Source: an uncultured Anaeromyxobacter sp. (GTDB lineage Bacteria; Myxococcota; Myxococcia; Myxococcales; Anaeromyxobacteraceae). From it: 64,000 bases of DNA. Shown one piece after another: positions 8,690-17,299 of the stretch; the stretch's first letter is position 1, and each line of letters opens with the position of its first letter. Position numbers and translations under genes: made by a program. The stretch covers positions 2,844-66,843 of the forward strand of contig CAIQRS010000238.1 of NCBI GenBank assembly GCA_903874275.1, given 5' to 3'. The notes below the pieces were generated by a model. That model did not search any database, was not told where the DNA came from, and saw only the letters and a program-made list of their open reading frames with translations.

Positions 8690-9273
8690 GTAGCGCGCTC
8701 GCCTCGGTGCTCTTCCCCGTGCTCGTGCTGGTGATGCCCTTCACCGTGCCCGTGTGGCTGGGCGTCTTCAGCCGGTGGTTCCCGCTCCACCTGGCCGTGT
8801 CACCCCGGGCGCTCGTCCTGGAGATCGCGCCCTACACGCTGCTGCCGCTCCTCCTCGGGCTGGCTTGCCGGGAGTGGATTCCCGCGGGAGCGAAGGTGCT
8901 GGCGCGCGTGGCGGAGATGTTCGCCCGGGTCGCCATCGTGGTGCTCCTCGCGGCTTTCCTCTGGCCGGCCCTCACCACACTGGCGAAGTTCGACGCGGCC
9001 TCGTTCGCGGCCATCTTCCTCGCAGTGACCTTCTCGCTCTGGGCGGGCTACAAGGCGGGCGGCCAGGACCGGAGGGACGGCATCAGCGTGGGGGTGACCG
9101 CTGCCCTGGGCAACCTCGCGGCCATCGTGCTCGTCACCCACGCCTGCTACCCAGGCGTGCACGTCTGGAACACCGCGCTCGCCTACGTCGTCGTGCGGTG
9201 GGTCGTGTTCAAGGGCTGGTACCTGTTCTTGCGGCGACGGATGGCAAGCAGGCCGGTCACTCCTTCTTCTTGA
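8690..9273 (+). pseudogene. 3' half of a BASS/SBF-like transporter gene (duplicate of 50476..51066)
   Basis: The translation LFPVLVLVMPFTVPVWLGVFSRWFPLHLAVSP...VVFKGWYLFLRRRMASR is near-identical to the C-terminal ~190 aa of 50170..51066. The N-terminal ~100 aa are missing. Confidence 0.8.
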
Positions 9274-9412
9274 GCTTCTCCTCGTTCTCCTCGATGAACG
9301 CGCGGATGTCGCCGGCCAGGTCGAGGAGCCTCGTTCACTGCTCCATGGAGAGTGTGACCGGGAAGCGGCCGAGGCCGTAAACGGAGACGCCGCCTCTCTC
9401 GCTGACCTTCAT
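9257..9412 (-). pseudogene. 51-codon ORF interrupted by an in-frame TGA
   Basis: MKVSERGGVSVYGLGRFPVTLSMEQ*TRLLDLAGDIRAFIEENEEKLKKKE. The sequence stays protein-like on both sides of the TGA at codon 26. Confidence 0.45.
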
Positions 9413-9435
9413 GGACACGCCCTTGCTCCCGCGTG

Positions 9436-9883
9436 TGTGGGTCGCCGAGATACGCTCCGTGAACAGAACGGCGCTTGAAGCGGGGTGGGGCAGGGTGCTG
9501 CCGACGGAAACGGGGCCTCGATTGTGGTGCCAGACGCGTGGATGGACGGCCGGAGCGCTTCCCGCGTCGGGACCTCGCGAAACGCCATCACCGCCCTCCT
9601 TGGGGAGGGCGATCCTGGCTTGCTTGGTCACGCCGATTGGGGAGGGAATGGTTCTGCAAATCTCAGCCGGCCGGGGTCCCTACCTTCTGCAAATCAGCAC
9701 CAGGGTGGCGAGCTGCTGGCGGAGGACCAGGTTCTTGATCAACAGATGGCGTCGAGAACGCATGGCCAAGCGGAGGGTCGGCAGGAGGGCTACGAGGAGG
9801 CGGAGCATCGAGCCGGGGAGGATCCAGGCCCTGGGAGAAATCGTCAATAGTTCCAGTCCGGTTGGACTTGTGGGGAGCGACAG
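9436..9883 (-). mobile_element. internally deleted (MITE-like) copy of an rve/DDE-transposase IS
   Basis: The minus-strand ATG at 9808 gives MLRLLVALLPTLRLAMRSRRHLLIKNLVLRQQLATL, a transposase N-terminus. It is fused to the IS 3' region shared with 22034.. and 27743... Imperfect terminal inverted repeats CTGTCG(C/T)TC(C/G)CCACAA. Confidence 0.65.
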
Positions 9884-9915
9884 GATCGAAGCGTACCGAT
9901 ACTGGCTTGATCATC

Positions 9916-9935
9916 GGTAGTTGTGTATAACTACC
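9916..9935. promoter_or_regulatory. inverted repeat upstream of abiEi (possible operator)
   Basis: GGTAGTT-GTGTAT-AACTACC in an AT-richer patch 14 nt before the AbiEi start. Confidence 0.3.
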
Positions 9936-9948
9936 CATGAGTTAGACC

Positions 9949-10542
9949 ATGGCCGCCGCACGAATTCCACCTGATTCGGGGCCCCGCTCCGGTCTCGCTC
10001 GCGCCCGGGACCTCGCTGCCCGGGGTGTTCGCGGTGCCCGCCTCACCAAGCAGGTGCGGTCCGGTATCCTGGTCCGACGAGCCCGCGGCCTCTACATGGA
10101 CGCCGACGCCGACGTCACCGAGCATCACTCGCTCGCCGAGGTAGCCCGGCTCGCACCGAACGGCATCGTTTGCCTTCTGACTGCCCTGCGGTTCCACGGC
10201 CTCGGCACCCAGCTCCCCTCCGAGATCTGGATCGCCATCCACGTGAAGGCCTGGCGGCCGCGGCTCACCGGCCTCCCGGTCCGCATCGTCCACATGTCGG
10301 GCCCGGCGCTCACCAAGGGCTTCGACGTTCACGACGTCGAGCACGTAGCGGTTCGCATCACGAACGCCGCCAAGACGGTGGCCGACTGCTTCAAGTTCCG
10401 GAACAAGATTGGCCTCGACGTGGCGCTGGAGGCGCTCCGCGAGTACCGCCGTCAGCGCCGGAGCCTCGACGACCTCCACGAGATGGCCCGCGTCTGCCGC
10501 GTCGAGCGCGTGATGCGCCCCTACCTCGAGGCCATCCTGTGA
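9949..10542 (+). CDS. abiEi: type IV TA system AbiEi-family antitoxin
   Basis: GILVRRARGLY...HHSLAEVARLAPNGIVCLLTALRFHGLGTQLP...ITNAAKTVADCFKFRNKIG is typical of AbiEi. Its stop overlaps the GTG of the next gene. Confidence 0.85.
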   Translation: MAAARIPPDSGPRSGLARARDLAARGVRGARLTKQVRSGILVRRARGLYMDADADVTEHHSLAEVARLAPNGIVCLLTALRFHGLGTQLPSEIWIAIHVKAWRPRLTGLPVRIVHMSGPALTKGFDVHDVEHVAVRITNAAKTVADCFKFRNKIGLDVALEALREYRRQRRSLDDLHEMARVCRVERVMRPYLEAIL

Positions 10543-11473
10543 AGCGACCGCTCGCCAACGTGGCGGCGTCGGTTCGGCAGCGACTCCTCAACCTTGCGAT
10601 CCAGCGTGGCGAGGAGTTCCAATCGATCCTCGTCCGCTTCGCAAACGAGCGGCTCATCTACCGGCTGGCGGTATCGCCGCACGCCGGTGACTTCGTCCTC
10701 AAGGGCGCCATGCTGCTCTATGCGTGGAGCGCCTTTCCGTTCCGCGCCACCCAGGACGTCGATCTTCTCGGCCGGGGCGAGATCACGGCGGAGAGTCTCA
10801 CCTCGGTATTTCGGGAGATCTGCGAGGCGAAGGTCGCGGACGATGGCCTGGAATTCCAGGCCAAGACCGTCCGGGTCGGTCTCATCCGGGAGGCACAGGA
10901 GTACGGCGGCTACCGAGTCAAGCTACAGGCGAGGCTCACGGCCGCGAAGGTCGACCTCCAGGTGGACGTAGGCATCGGTGACGCGGTGACGCCTCGTCCG
11001 ACGCTGATCGACTACCCCACGCTGCTCGACTTCCCGGCCCCCGACTGCGCGCCTATTCGCGTGAGGCGTCGGTGGCCGAAAAGCTGCACGCCATGGTGGA
11101 CCACGGTTTCGAGAACAGCCGGATGAAGGACTTCTTCGACGTCTGGGCCCTCCCCCGTGACTTCGCTTTCGAGGGCGACCGGTTGTCCGCGGCCATCGCC
11201 GCCACGTTCAAGCGGCGCGGTACGGACATCTTGGCTGAGCGGCCCGTTGCCTTCACCCGCCGCTTTGCCGAGGACCCAACGAAGCTCAAGCAGTGGGAGG
11301 CGTTCCTGGTTCGCGCACGCGTTGCGAAGGAGCCGCCGCCCTTCGGCGTGGTCATCAGCCTGGTCGCCGACTTCCTCCTGCCGCCGGTCGAGGCGGTGAG
11401 GACAGGCGCAAGGTTCGAACTGGCTTGGCCCCCGGGCGGACCGTGGGCAACGAGGGCGACCGCCAAAACGTAG
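10539..11473 (+). pseudogene. AbiEii-family nucleotidyltransferase toxin with a frameshift near 11037-11042
   Basis: Frame 1 reads VKRPLANVAASVRQRLLNLAIQRGEEFQSILVRFANERLIYRL...ATQDVDLLG...LLDFPAP. The expected continuation RLRAYSREASVAEKLHAMVDHGFENSRMKDFFDVW is in the +1 frame after a C-run. Confidence 0.8.
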
Positions 11474-11483
11474 GCGCCTGCGC

Positions 11484-11681
11484 CGACGATGCATTCAGGG
11501 TCATCCGTCTCCCGTATGTCTCCCGGACGCTGGGAGAAGCCCGGGGAAGGGTGGGGAAGCCTGGGGAACCGGATCGAGGATTCAACCGACGGTAACGACG
11601 GGTGAAACGACAGAAAGGCGTCGACTGTCGCATGGTTAGAGTTCGCCCGCCGTAAACGTTCAAATCCCTTTTCCCGCTCCA
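11484..11681 (+). repeat. conserved ~190-nt non-coding module ending in att core 3 (paralog of 18073..18261)
   Basis: About 90% identical by eye to 18073..18261. Internal hairpins TCTCCC-N7-GGGAGA and CGACAG-N11-CTGTCG. The core TTCAAATCCCTTTTCCCGCTCCA is at 11659..11681. Confidence 0.7.
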
Positions 11682-11685
11682 TTAC

Positions 11686-11715
11686 CCCCCCGATTCGTCG
11701 GGGGGTTTTTCTTTT
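11686..11715. terminator. intrinsic terminator with UUCG tetraloop, between the RNA-like module and the convergent integrase
   Basis: CCCCCCGA-TTCG-TCGGGGGG followed by TTTTTCTTTT. Confidence 0.75.
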
Positions 11716-12129
11716 CACGGGACCGCGACCAAAATACGACCAAAACCCGGAGCCGCTTCCGGGGTCTCCTCGGGGGCCATCCCCTTCGGAAGGGGCCGGT
11801 CGAGCGTCTTGATGGCCTCGGCGGTGACCCCCGGGACGACGTGCATGTAGCGCATCGTCGTCGTCAGGTGCTTGTGCCCCGCGAGCGCCTGGATGACCGT
11901 CGGCGCGGTCCTCGCCATCGCCAGCCGGGTACAGAACGTGTGTCGGAGGATGTGGACGTTGCCCGTCGCCTCCAGCCCCGCGTTGAACTGCGCCTGCTTC
12001 ACGAGGCCCCTCATCCGGTTTGGCTCGAACCGCTTCCCATCGGCATCGACCAGGAGCGTGTCGCCCTTGACCTTCCCGAGCTTCCGGATGGTCCAGGCGA
12101 GCCGGAAGGCCATCGAGCTCGATGAGGAG

Positions 12130-12560
12130 CTCGCCTGGCCCTCGCCGACCTGCTCGCCGCCACGGGGCGCCTCGCCGAGGCCGTGGCGGAGATGGAGATC
12201 GGCCGCTCGCTCAGCCCGTTCGACGTCGGGATGAACATGAACCTTGGCGACCACCTCGTCTTCGCCCGGCGATTCGCCGAGGGCATCACGCAGCACCGCC
12301 GCACGGTGGAGATGGAGCCCTCCTTCCGGCGCGCGCGCCTCCGCCTCGCGCGGGCCTGCGCGCAGGCGGGCCGCCGCGAGAGGCGACCGAGGCGCTCGAG
12401 GCGGCGCTGGCGCTCGCCAGCCCGGTGGGCCCCGGGGTGGACGACGCCTGCGTGCTGGCGTGCCTGGGGCGGGGGACGGAGGCCCGGGCGCTCCCCTTCA
12501 CGGCGCGCAGATGGAGTCGACCAGGCCGTTCGAGGCCTCCTCCGTGCCGTTGAAAGTCGT
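12130..12560 (+). pseudogene. TPR-like gene fragment (frameshifted) inside the integrase gap
   Basis: SPFDVGMNMNLGDHLVFARRFAEGITQHRRTVEMEPSFRRARLRLARACAQAGRR continues in another frame as ATEALEAALALASPVGPGVDDACVLACLG. Confidence 0.35.
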
Positions 12561-12587
12561 GGCCGCCCCCGGTAAGAAGGTTCCACG

Positions 12588-13214
12588 ATGCGAAAGCTCA
12601 CCGCCCTGGTTCCCCTGCTTCTCGCGACGCTCGTCCTTACGGGGTGCCAGACCACGGCCCTCCAGTCGGCATGGTACGACCCGACATTCACGGGGGGGCC
12701 GATGCATCGGATCACCGTCGTGGCCGCGGGCCTCAATGTCGCCAACCGGCGCCTGGCCGAGGACATCTTCTCTCAGAGGCTCCGGGCCCTGGGAGTCGAA
12801 GCCGCTCCCGGCTGGTCCGTGGTCTCCGACGAGGCGCGGAACGCCCCGGAACCGTTCACCGAGGCCCTGAGGAGGGCCGGCGCGGAGGGGGTGCTCGTGA
12901 TTCGCGTGCTCGGCGTCGACACGCGGACCCAGGTGAACACGATGATGGTGACGACGACGACCCCGGTCTGGGGGGGGCCGGGATGGGGTGGCGCCAGCGT
13001 CTGGGCGACGACCACGGTCCCGGTAACGCAGGTCTCGCAGTACAACCTCGTGATGGTCGAGACCTCTCTCTACGAGGTTTCGACGGGACGCCTCGTCTGG
13101 TCCGGCATCACCCAGACGTTGAATCCCTCGGACTTCCAGCGCGACGTGGGCGGATTTGCCGACGTGATCATCGGGCAACTGGCGGCGCGCCGATTGCTCG
13201 GCGCGGTGAGGTAG
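12588..13214 (+). CDS. lipoprotein (DUF4136-like)
   Basis: MRKLTALVPLLLATLVLTGC lipobox, balanced mature sequence, high GC3. Confidence 0.7.
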   Translation: MRKLTALVPLLLATLVLTGCQTTALQSAWYDPTFTGGPMHRITVVAAGLNVANRRLAEDIFSQRLRALGVEAAPGWSVVSDEARNAPEPFTEALRRAGAEGVLVIRVLGVDTRTQVNTMMVTTTTPVWGGPGWGGASVWATTTVPVTQVSQYNLVMVETSLYEVSTGRLVWSGITQTLNPSDFQRDVGGFADVIIGQLAARRLLGAVR

Positions 13215-13662
13215 GCCCCCGTTCGGATCGGCGTCACCTTCAGGGCGATCGACAGGCGACCAGAAGGGGCACCCAACGGGGCGCCGGAGACGTCCCTCGA
13301 GGGCGGGCGTAAACGCCACCGCAACCCATCCCGGTTCGCATCGATGGTCTTGCGGCCCAGGAGTTCCCGCACGGCCATGAAGGAGAACCCAGGGGCTTGC
13401 AGAAGAGGTGGGCCCCTCAACGCGGCAATGGTGCCGTCCGAGAGGGGCACGGTGCGGTTGCAGCCTGTCTACGGACTTTGCCGCGAGTCCCTCTTTCAGC
13501 TTCCTGGCCTTGTAGGACTCGATGACGGCGGGCCCAATTGCGTCGAGGCGCATGCGCCCCAAAGTCGGTACCAGACGGTCCTGGCCCGCACATGAGCTTG
13601 GTCATGGTTCAACGCGTTTGGGAGGTTCCTGCCGCAAGCGCCTTGGCGTAGCCTCCCGGTCC

Positions 13663-14046
13663 ATGGGCCCCACCATCCGCCTCATGTGGCTTCGCGTCGC
13701 CCTGGTTGTCTGCGGCGTCTGTTGTCTGGGCGTGTGGCCGCTCATGGTGGTGTGGCCATCGGGATTCAGTTGGCACCCGCACGGTTCACACTCCGAGATG
13801 ATGATTGTCGTCGTCTACGCCGTCCTCGGCGTGTTCCTGCTCCTCGCAGTGCGCGATCCCTTGGCCCATGGCAGCCTCATCTGGTTCACGGTGTGGTCGA
13901 GCGTCGCCCACGGGGGGCTCATGGCGTGGCAGTCGATCGCGGATCCTTTGGAGCGCGGCCACATGCTCGGTGACGTTCCGTTTCTGCTCGTGGGCGCGCT
14001 CGTGCTGGGTGTTCTGATGCCGCGTGCCCGTGCCAAAATGGGCTAG
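13663..14046 (+). CDS. small integral membrane protein
   Basis: The ATG at 13663 is in frame within ORF 13522..14046. There are four hydrophobic segments (LRVALVVCGVCCLGVWPLMVV, MMIVVVYAVLGVFLLLAV, and others). Confidence 0.55.
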   Translation: MGPTIRLMWLRVALVVCGVCCLGVWPLMVVWPSGFSWHPHGSHSEMMIVVVYAVLGVFLLLAVRDPLAHGSLIWFTVWSSVAHGGLMAWQSIADPLERGHMLGDVPFLLVGALVLGVLMPRARAKMG

Positions 14047-14302
14047 TGAGATCGCGCGAGCGGCGGCCGGGCGACAAGAGGGTGGGCATCTCGCCGCTCC
14101 GGTCGAACCCGATGATGGAGCGAAGCCGGGGAACTGAAGAGCGGTCTCGACTCGAAGTGGCGAAACAGCCCGTCTGAAGATACCTCGGGGTGGATCGGGG
14201 CTACCCGAGTGCCGCCTTGACTGTTGGATCCGCGGCGCCGAACGTCTCTCAAGGGCTTGCACGTCGGAGCACTCGCCGGGGGGCGAAATCGTGCTGCTCG
14301 AT

Positions 14303-14440
14303 ATGAGGCACCAACGGGCCGTTGCCTTGGCGATGGTCGTGACCGTGCTTGGCAGCCTTGGCTGTTCCTGGCAGTACGCCAGGAAGCCCGACAGCGGACC
14401 GACTGCGCCAGAACCGCCTGAGGTCGGGGCGAAGAGGTGA
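14303..14440 (+). CDS. possible 45-aa lipoprotein
   Basis: MRHQRAVALAMVVTVLGSLGCSWQYARKPDSGPTAPEPPEVGAKR. Not in the ORF track because it is under 60 aa. Signal peptide plus lipobox only. Confidence 0.3.
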   Translation: MRHQRAVALAMVVTVLGSLGCSWQYARKPDSGPTAPEPPEVGAKR

Positions 14441-14484
14441 AGCACCCGGAGTTCCTCGGGGGACCCTCCACCCGTCGTCCGGCC

Positions 14485-17016
14485 TCACCACCAGTACGTG
14501 AACAGCGCACTGCCCTCCAGCTGGATCGTCCAGACGGCCCCGAGTCCCGACGTGATCCCGGTGAGCGTCCCCCAGGTGCTCGCGTGCGCCATGTAGACAC
14601 CCGTTCCGGCTCCCCCCGTGACCGGGCCGTAGGTGTTCAGGGTCCCGTCGATGATCCACGGCGTCCCGTCCGGTCCCACCGCGTATGGGTTCGCGGTCTG
14701 GAGGAGCTGGCCCCCAGCGAGCCCGACGACGACCTGCGGGTCCGGGCCGCTCGCCAGATCGGCGAGGTCGAGCGCGCAGATCTCGTACTCGCCGAGCGTG
14801 GCGTCCCGGGCCTCGAACCAGAGCGTTCCGGGGCCCGGGTTGTACCAGAGCTGCCCCAGGGCGCTGAGGTTGCCGGCCGACTCGCCGCAGGTCTTGCCCC
14901 AGACGCTCTTGGTCGCCTGGAGGCTCCCGTTGGCCCGGTACGCGCGGAACTCGGCGCCGTCCTGGTCGCCGCTCCCGTCGAGGTGGACCACGTAGGCGAG
15001 GACCCGTCCGTCCGGCCCCGCGGGAGCTGCGTGCCTCACCTGGTACCCGGGCCCGGGCGACGTGAAGCCGAGCTCGAGAAACGTCGAGACTGCCGGAGGG
15101 GTTGCGTCGCTCTGGTGGTCCACGCGGGTGATCCCCGTGGCGACGACCGAGCCCGTGTCCGTCTGGTACGTCGTGTACGTGGCCCAGGCGGCGTTCTCGT
15201 CGGAATGGCGGACCGCGATGGGAGAGAAGAGCTTCCAGTCCGTGCCGGCGGTGCTCCCATCGTACAGGACGGCTTCCTGCCAGACGGAGCCGGTCGCGTC
15301 GAAGAAGCCGGCCGTCGTCCGGCTACTCGCGAATTCGGTCCCCAGGTGCATGTACCAGACGCGGGTCGGCGAGCCCGAGTTCGCGAAGTGACCGATGGGG
15401 TACAGCGACGCCTGGGACGGCACGATTCGGGAGGCGAATCCAGCACCGTCCACGAACGCGACCATGTCCGCGTACGGCGGGAGCGGCCCCGGGAGGTCCT
15501 CCCCGACGTTCACGACCATCTGCGTGCCGGCGAACGCGATGCTCTGCTCCGTGTAGGCAATGTACGACGTGCCGGTCCTGTCGACGTAGCCGAGAGTCAC
15601 GTAGTTTTCCTGGAACTGGCTTCCCGCCACCTCGGTCTGCAGCTCGTACAGCCCCTGGCCGTTCACCGCCCAGACTGCGTTGTTGCGCCCGCCCCGGACG
15701 CCAGGAACGGAGACGATGGCGTTGAGGGACTCGGACGAATCGGCCGGCTGGTACACCTGGGCGGTCGGCTGGGCGTTCTGGTCGAGAAGCTCGACGGCGT
15801 TCGGTGCCGCCTTCCTGGCCGCGTAGCGGCTCCCGCCGGGGCCAATGGCGAGCCCGGACGGCTTGTAGACGTTTCCCATCTGGGCGAAGTAGCCCTGCGC
15901 GATGTTCAGCCTGCACACCGGGCCGCCCGAATACATTCCCCCTTCCTGCGACGGGAAGTAGAGGGTGCCTGGGGCGCCCGGGATGAGGTAGGTGGGGTGC
16001 CCGCAGTCGGTGACGAACTCGGGGTCCGGCATCGGCCAGGCCGTGCCGGACATTCCGGCGGTCGAGAACGACCGGATCTCCTCTCCGCCCACGGCGGCGA
16101 CCCAGAGGTTCCCGTCCGATGCGTAGGCGAGCACGCCCACGTCCGGGTAGGTGAATACCGTGTTCGGGACGACGTCGCCCATGTCGTCGATGGTCGCGGA
16201 ATGGACGTGGCCGCTCACGTACTCGGCGACCCACGCCGTCCGGGCTCCGGGGACCGTCGAGACCGCCAGCGCGCGGATGTCGGAGTTGCTGCTCAGCGAG
16301 ACGCTCCGGAGACCGGTCCCGTCCAGGTTCGTGTACCCCACCCAGGAATCCCCCCCGGACTCGGCCGTGAACCAGATCCGCCCGTTCACGGTGTCGGCGA
16401 AGACCCGCTTCACGGGTGCCGGGGCGGATTCCGGCTGCGGGAGGAGGATCTCGACGCCCTCGAGGCTCACGAGGCTCATCCGGGACGAGGAGCCGCTCGC
16501 GAAGACGAGGTTCGTGCCGGTGAAGGAGAGCGCCTGCTCGTTCACCCCACCCGCGAAGGCCGTGTAGCGCGTGCCGATCCAGCCGTCGACCTCGCCCCTG
16601 AACTTGAACTTCGTCGCCGAGCTGGTGACCCAGTCCCACTCGACCGACGCGCTCGGGACCGGAGTCGGGGCGATGGCGCCCAGCGACGGGTAGCGCCAGA
16701 TGCCGTGGTTGGGCTCGAGCGACGGGACCCAGCCGTACGAGTTGCACGCGTCGGTCCCCGTTCCGCTCACGTCGGTGATGCGGGCGAAGAGCGCGCCGAA
16801 GAATCGCGTGGAAGGAGCGTCGGCTCCGAGGGTCATGGCCACGTTGGCGCCCGTCGTGTTCTGGCCGCCGCAGGCGGTGGTGGGCGACGGCACGCCATTC
16901 CACGGGTCGCCGTCGTTCGCGATCATGATGGTCGTCGTTCCCGTCGGGAGGACGAGCCTCGTCCCCGAGGACCCGCCCGAGGGGGCCGTCGTGACCGTGA
17001 CGGTGCCCGCGGCCAT
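14485..17016 (-). CDS. large beta-propeller-like repeat protein, probably 5'-truncated
   Basis: Composition is rich in W/Y/F/N/T, unlike the antisense ORF. Recurrent strand motifs GRIWFTAESGGDSWVGY, DGNLWVAAVGGEEI, GTLWFEARDATLGEY and DGTPWIIDG resemble Vgb-lyase/NHL-type blades. No signal peptide after the first plausible ATG (17016). Confidence 0.7.
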   Translation of the reverse strand: MAAGTVTVTTAPSGGSSGTRLVLPTGTTTIMIANDGDPWNGVPSPTTACGGQNTTGANVAMTLGADAPSTRFFGALFARITDVSGTGTDACNSYGWVPSLEPNHGIWRYPSLGAIAPTPVPSASVEWDWVTSSATKFKFRGEVDGWIGTRYTAFAGGVNEQALSFTGTNLVFASGSSSRMSLVSLEGVEILLPQPESAPAPVKRVFADTVNGRIWFTAESGGDSWVGYTNLDGTGLRSVSLSSNSDIRALAVSTVPGARTAWVAEYVSGHVHSATIDDMGDVVPNTVFTYPDVGVLAYASDGNLWVAAVGGEEIRSFSTAGMSGTAWPMPDPEFVTDCGHPTYLIPGAPGTLYFPSQEGGMYSGGPVCRLNIAQGYFAQMGNVYKPSGLAIGPGGSRYAARKAAPNAVELLDQNAQPTAQVYQPADSSESLNAIVSVPGVRGGRNNAVWAVNGQGLYELQTEVAGSQFQENYVTLGYVDRTGTSYIAYTEQSIAFAGTQMVVNVGEDLPGPLPPYADMVAFVDGAGFASRIVPSQASLYPIGHFANSGSPTRVWYMHLGTEFASSRTTAGFFDATGSVWQEAVLYDGSTAGTDWKLFSPIAVRHSDENAAWATYTTYQTDTGSVVATGITRVDHQSDATPPAVSTFLELGFTSPGPGYQVRHAAPAGPDGRVLAYVVHLDGSGDQDGAEFRAYRANGSLQATKSVWGKTCGESAGNLSALGQLWYNPGPGTLWFEARDATLGEYEICALDLADLASGPDPQVVVGLAGGQLLQTANPYAVGPDGTPWIIDGTLNTYGPVTGGAGTGVYMAHASTWGTLTGITSGLGAVWTIQLEGSALFTYWW

Positions 17017-17127
17017 GTCCACCTCGCCGCTCTCATTCCCGCCGGCCAGGGAACGGCCGGCCGCGGAACGAGGTGTCGAGCCCCGACACGGTGAAACGGT
17101 CCCGGGCATCGCCGGAGGCATCGTGGC

Positions 17128-17193
17128 CGGCGAGGCGTCCGCCTCCCGGAGGATCTTCACCATCTGCTCGTCCGTGGACCTGCTCTTGCGCAT
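17128..17193 (-). mobile_element. 22-codon remnant of an IS3-family OrfA
   Basis: MRKSRSTDEQMVKILREADASP matches the canonical IS3 OrfA start (MRKSRFTEEQI..LRE). It is in frame with and upstream of the propeller ORF. Confidence 0.5.
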
Positions 17194-17299
17194 CGTCTCT
17201 CCGTCTCCGGAGAGGCATCGGCTCACGCTTCAACCGGTCCGAAAGACGCCAGGCAGTAGTTCGCTTGACAAATGCTCAAGCGGTCCCTAGGTTCGATTC

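Larger units (their letters stand above)
11715..13562 (-). pseudogene. tyrosine recombinase/integrase split by ~1.1 kb of unrelated DNA and frameshifted
   Basis: C-terminal catalytic part at 11715..~12115: ..GNVHILRHTFCTRLAMARTAPTVIQALAGHKHLTTTMRYMH. N-terminal pieces at ~13545-13330 lie in two frames: LDAIGPAVIESYKARKLKEGLAAKSV and PLSDGTIAALRG. Confidence 0.75.

Noticed and set aside
9332-9337. The in-frame TGA of ORF 9257..9412 as selenocysteine or programmed recoding.
   Set aside because: No SECIS-like hairpin lies immediately downstream. The context suggests a simple TGG>TGA mutation in a decaying region.
11551-11681. A complete tRNA, tmRNA or Y-RNA-like gene ending at the CCA of the cores.
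   Set aside because: No copy has a pairing partner for the T-stem (the sequence before TTCAAAT is AAACG, AAATG, GACCC or CCGGA versus the required AAGGG). The only candidate acceptor 5' strand (GUGGGGA) is 131 nt away. No D or anticodon arm or tmRNA tag region could be folded by eye. I kept this only as a hypothesis in the findings.
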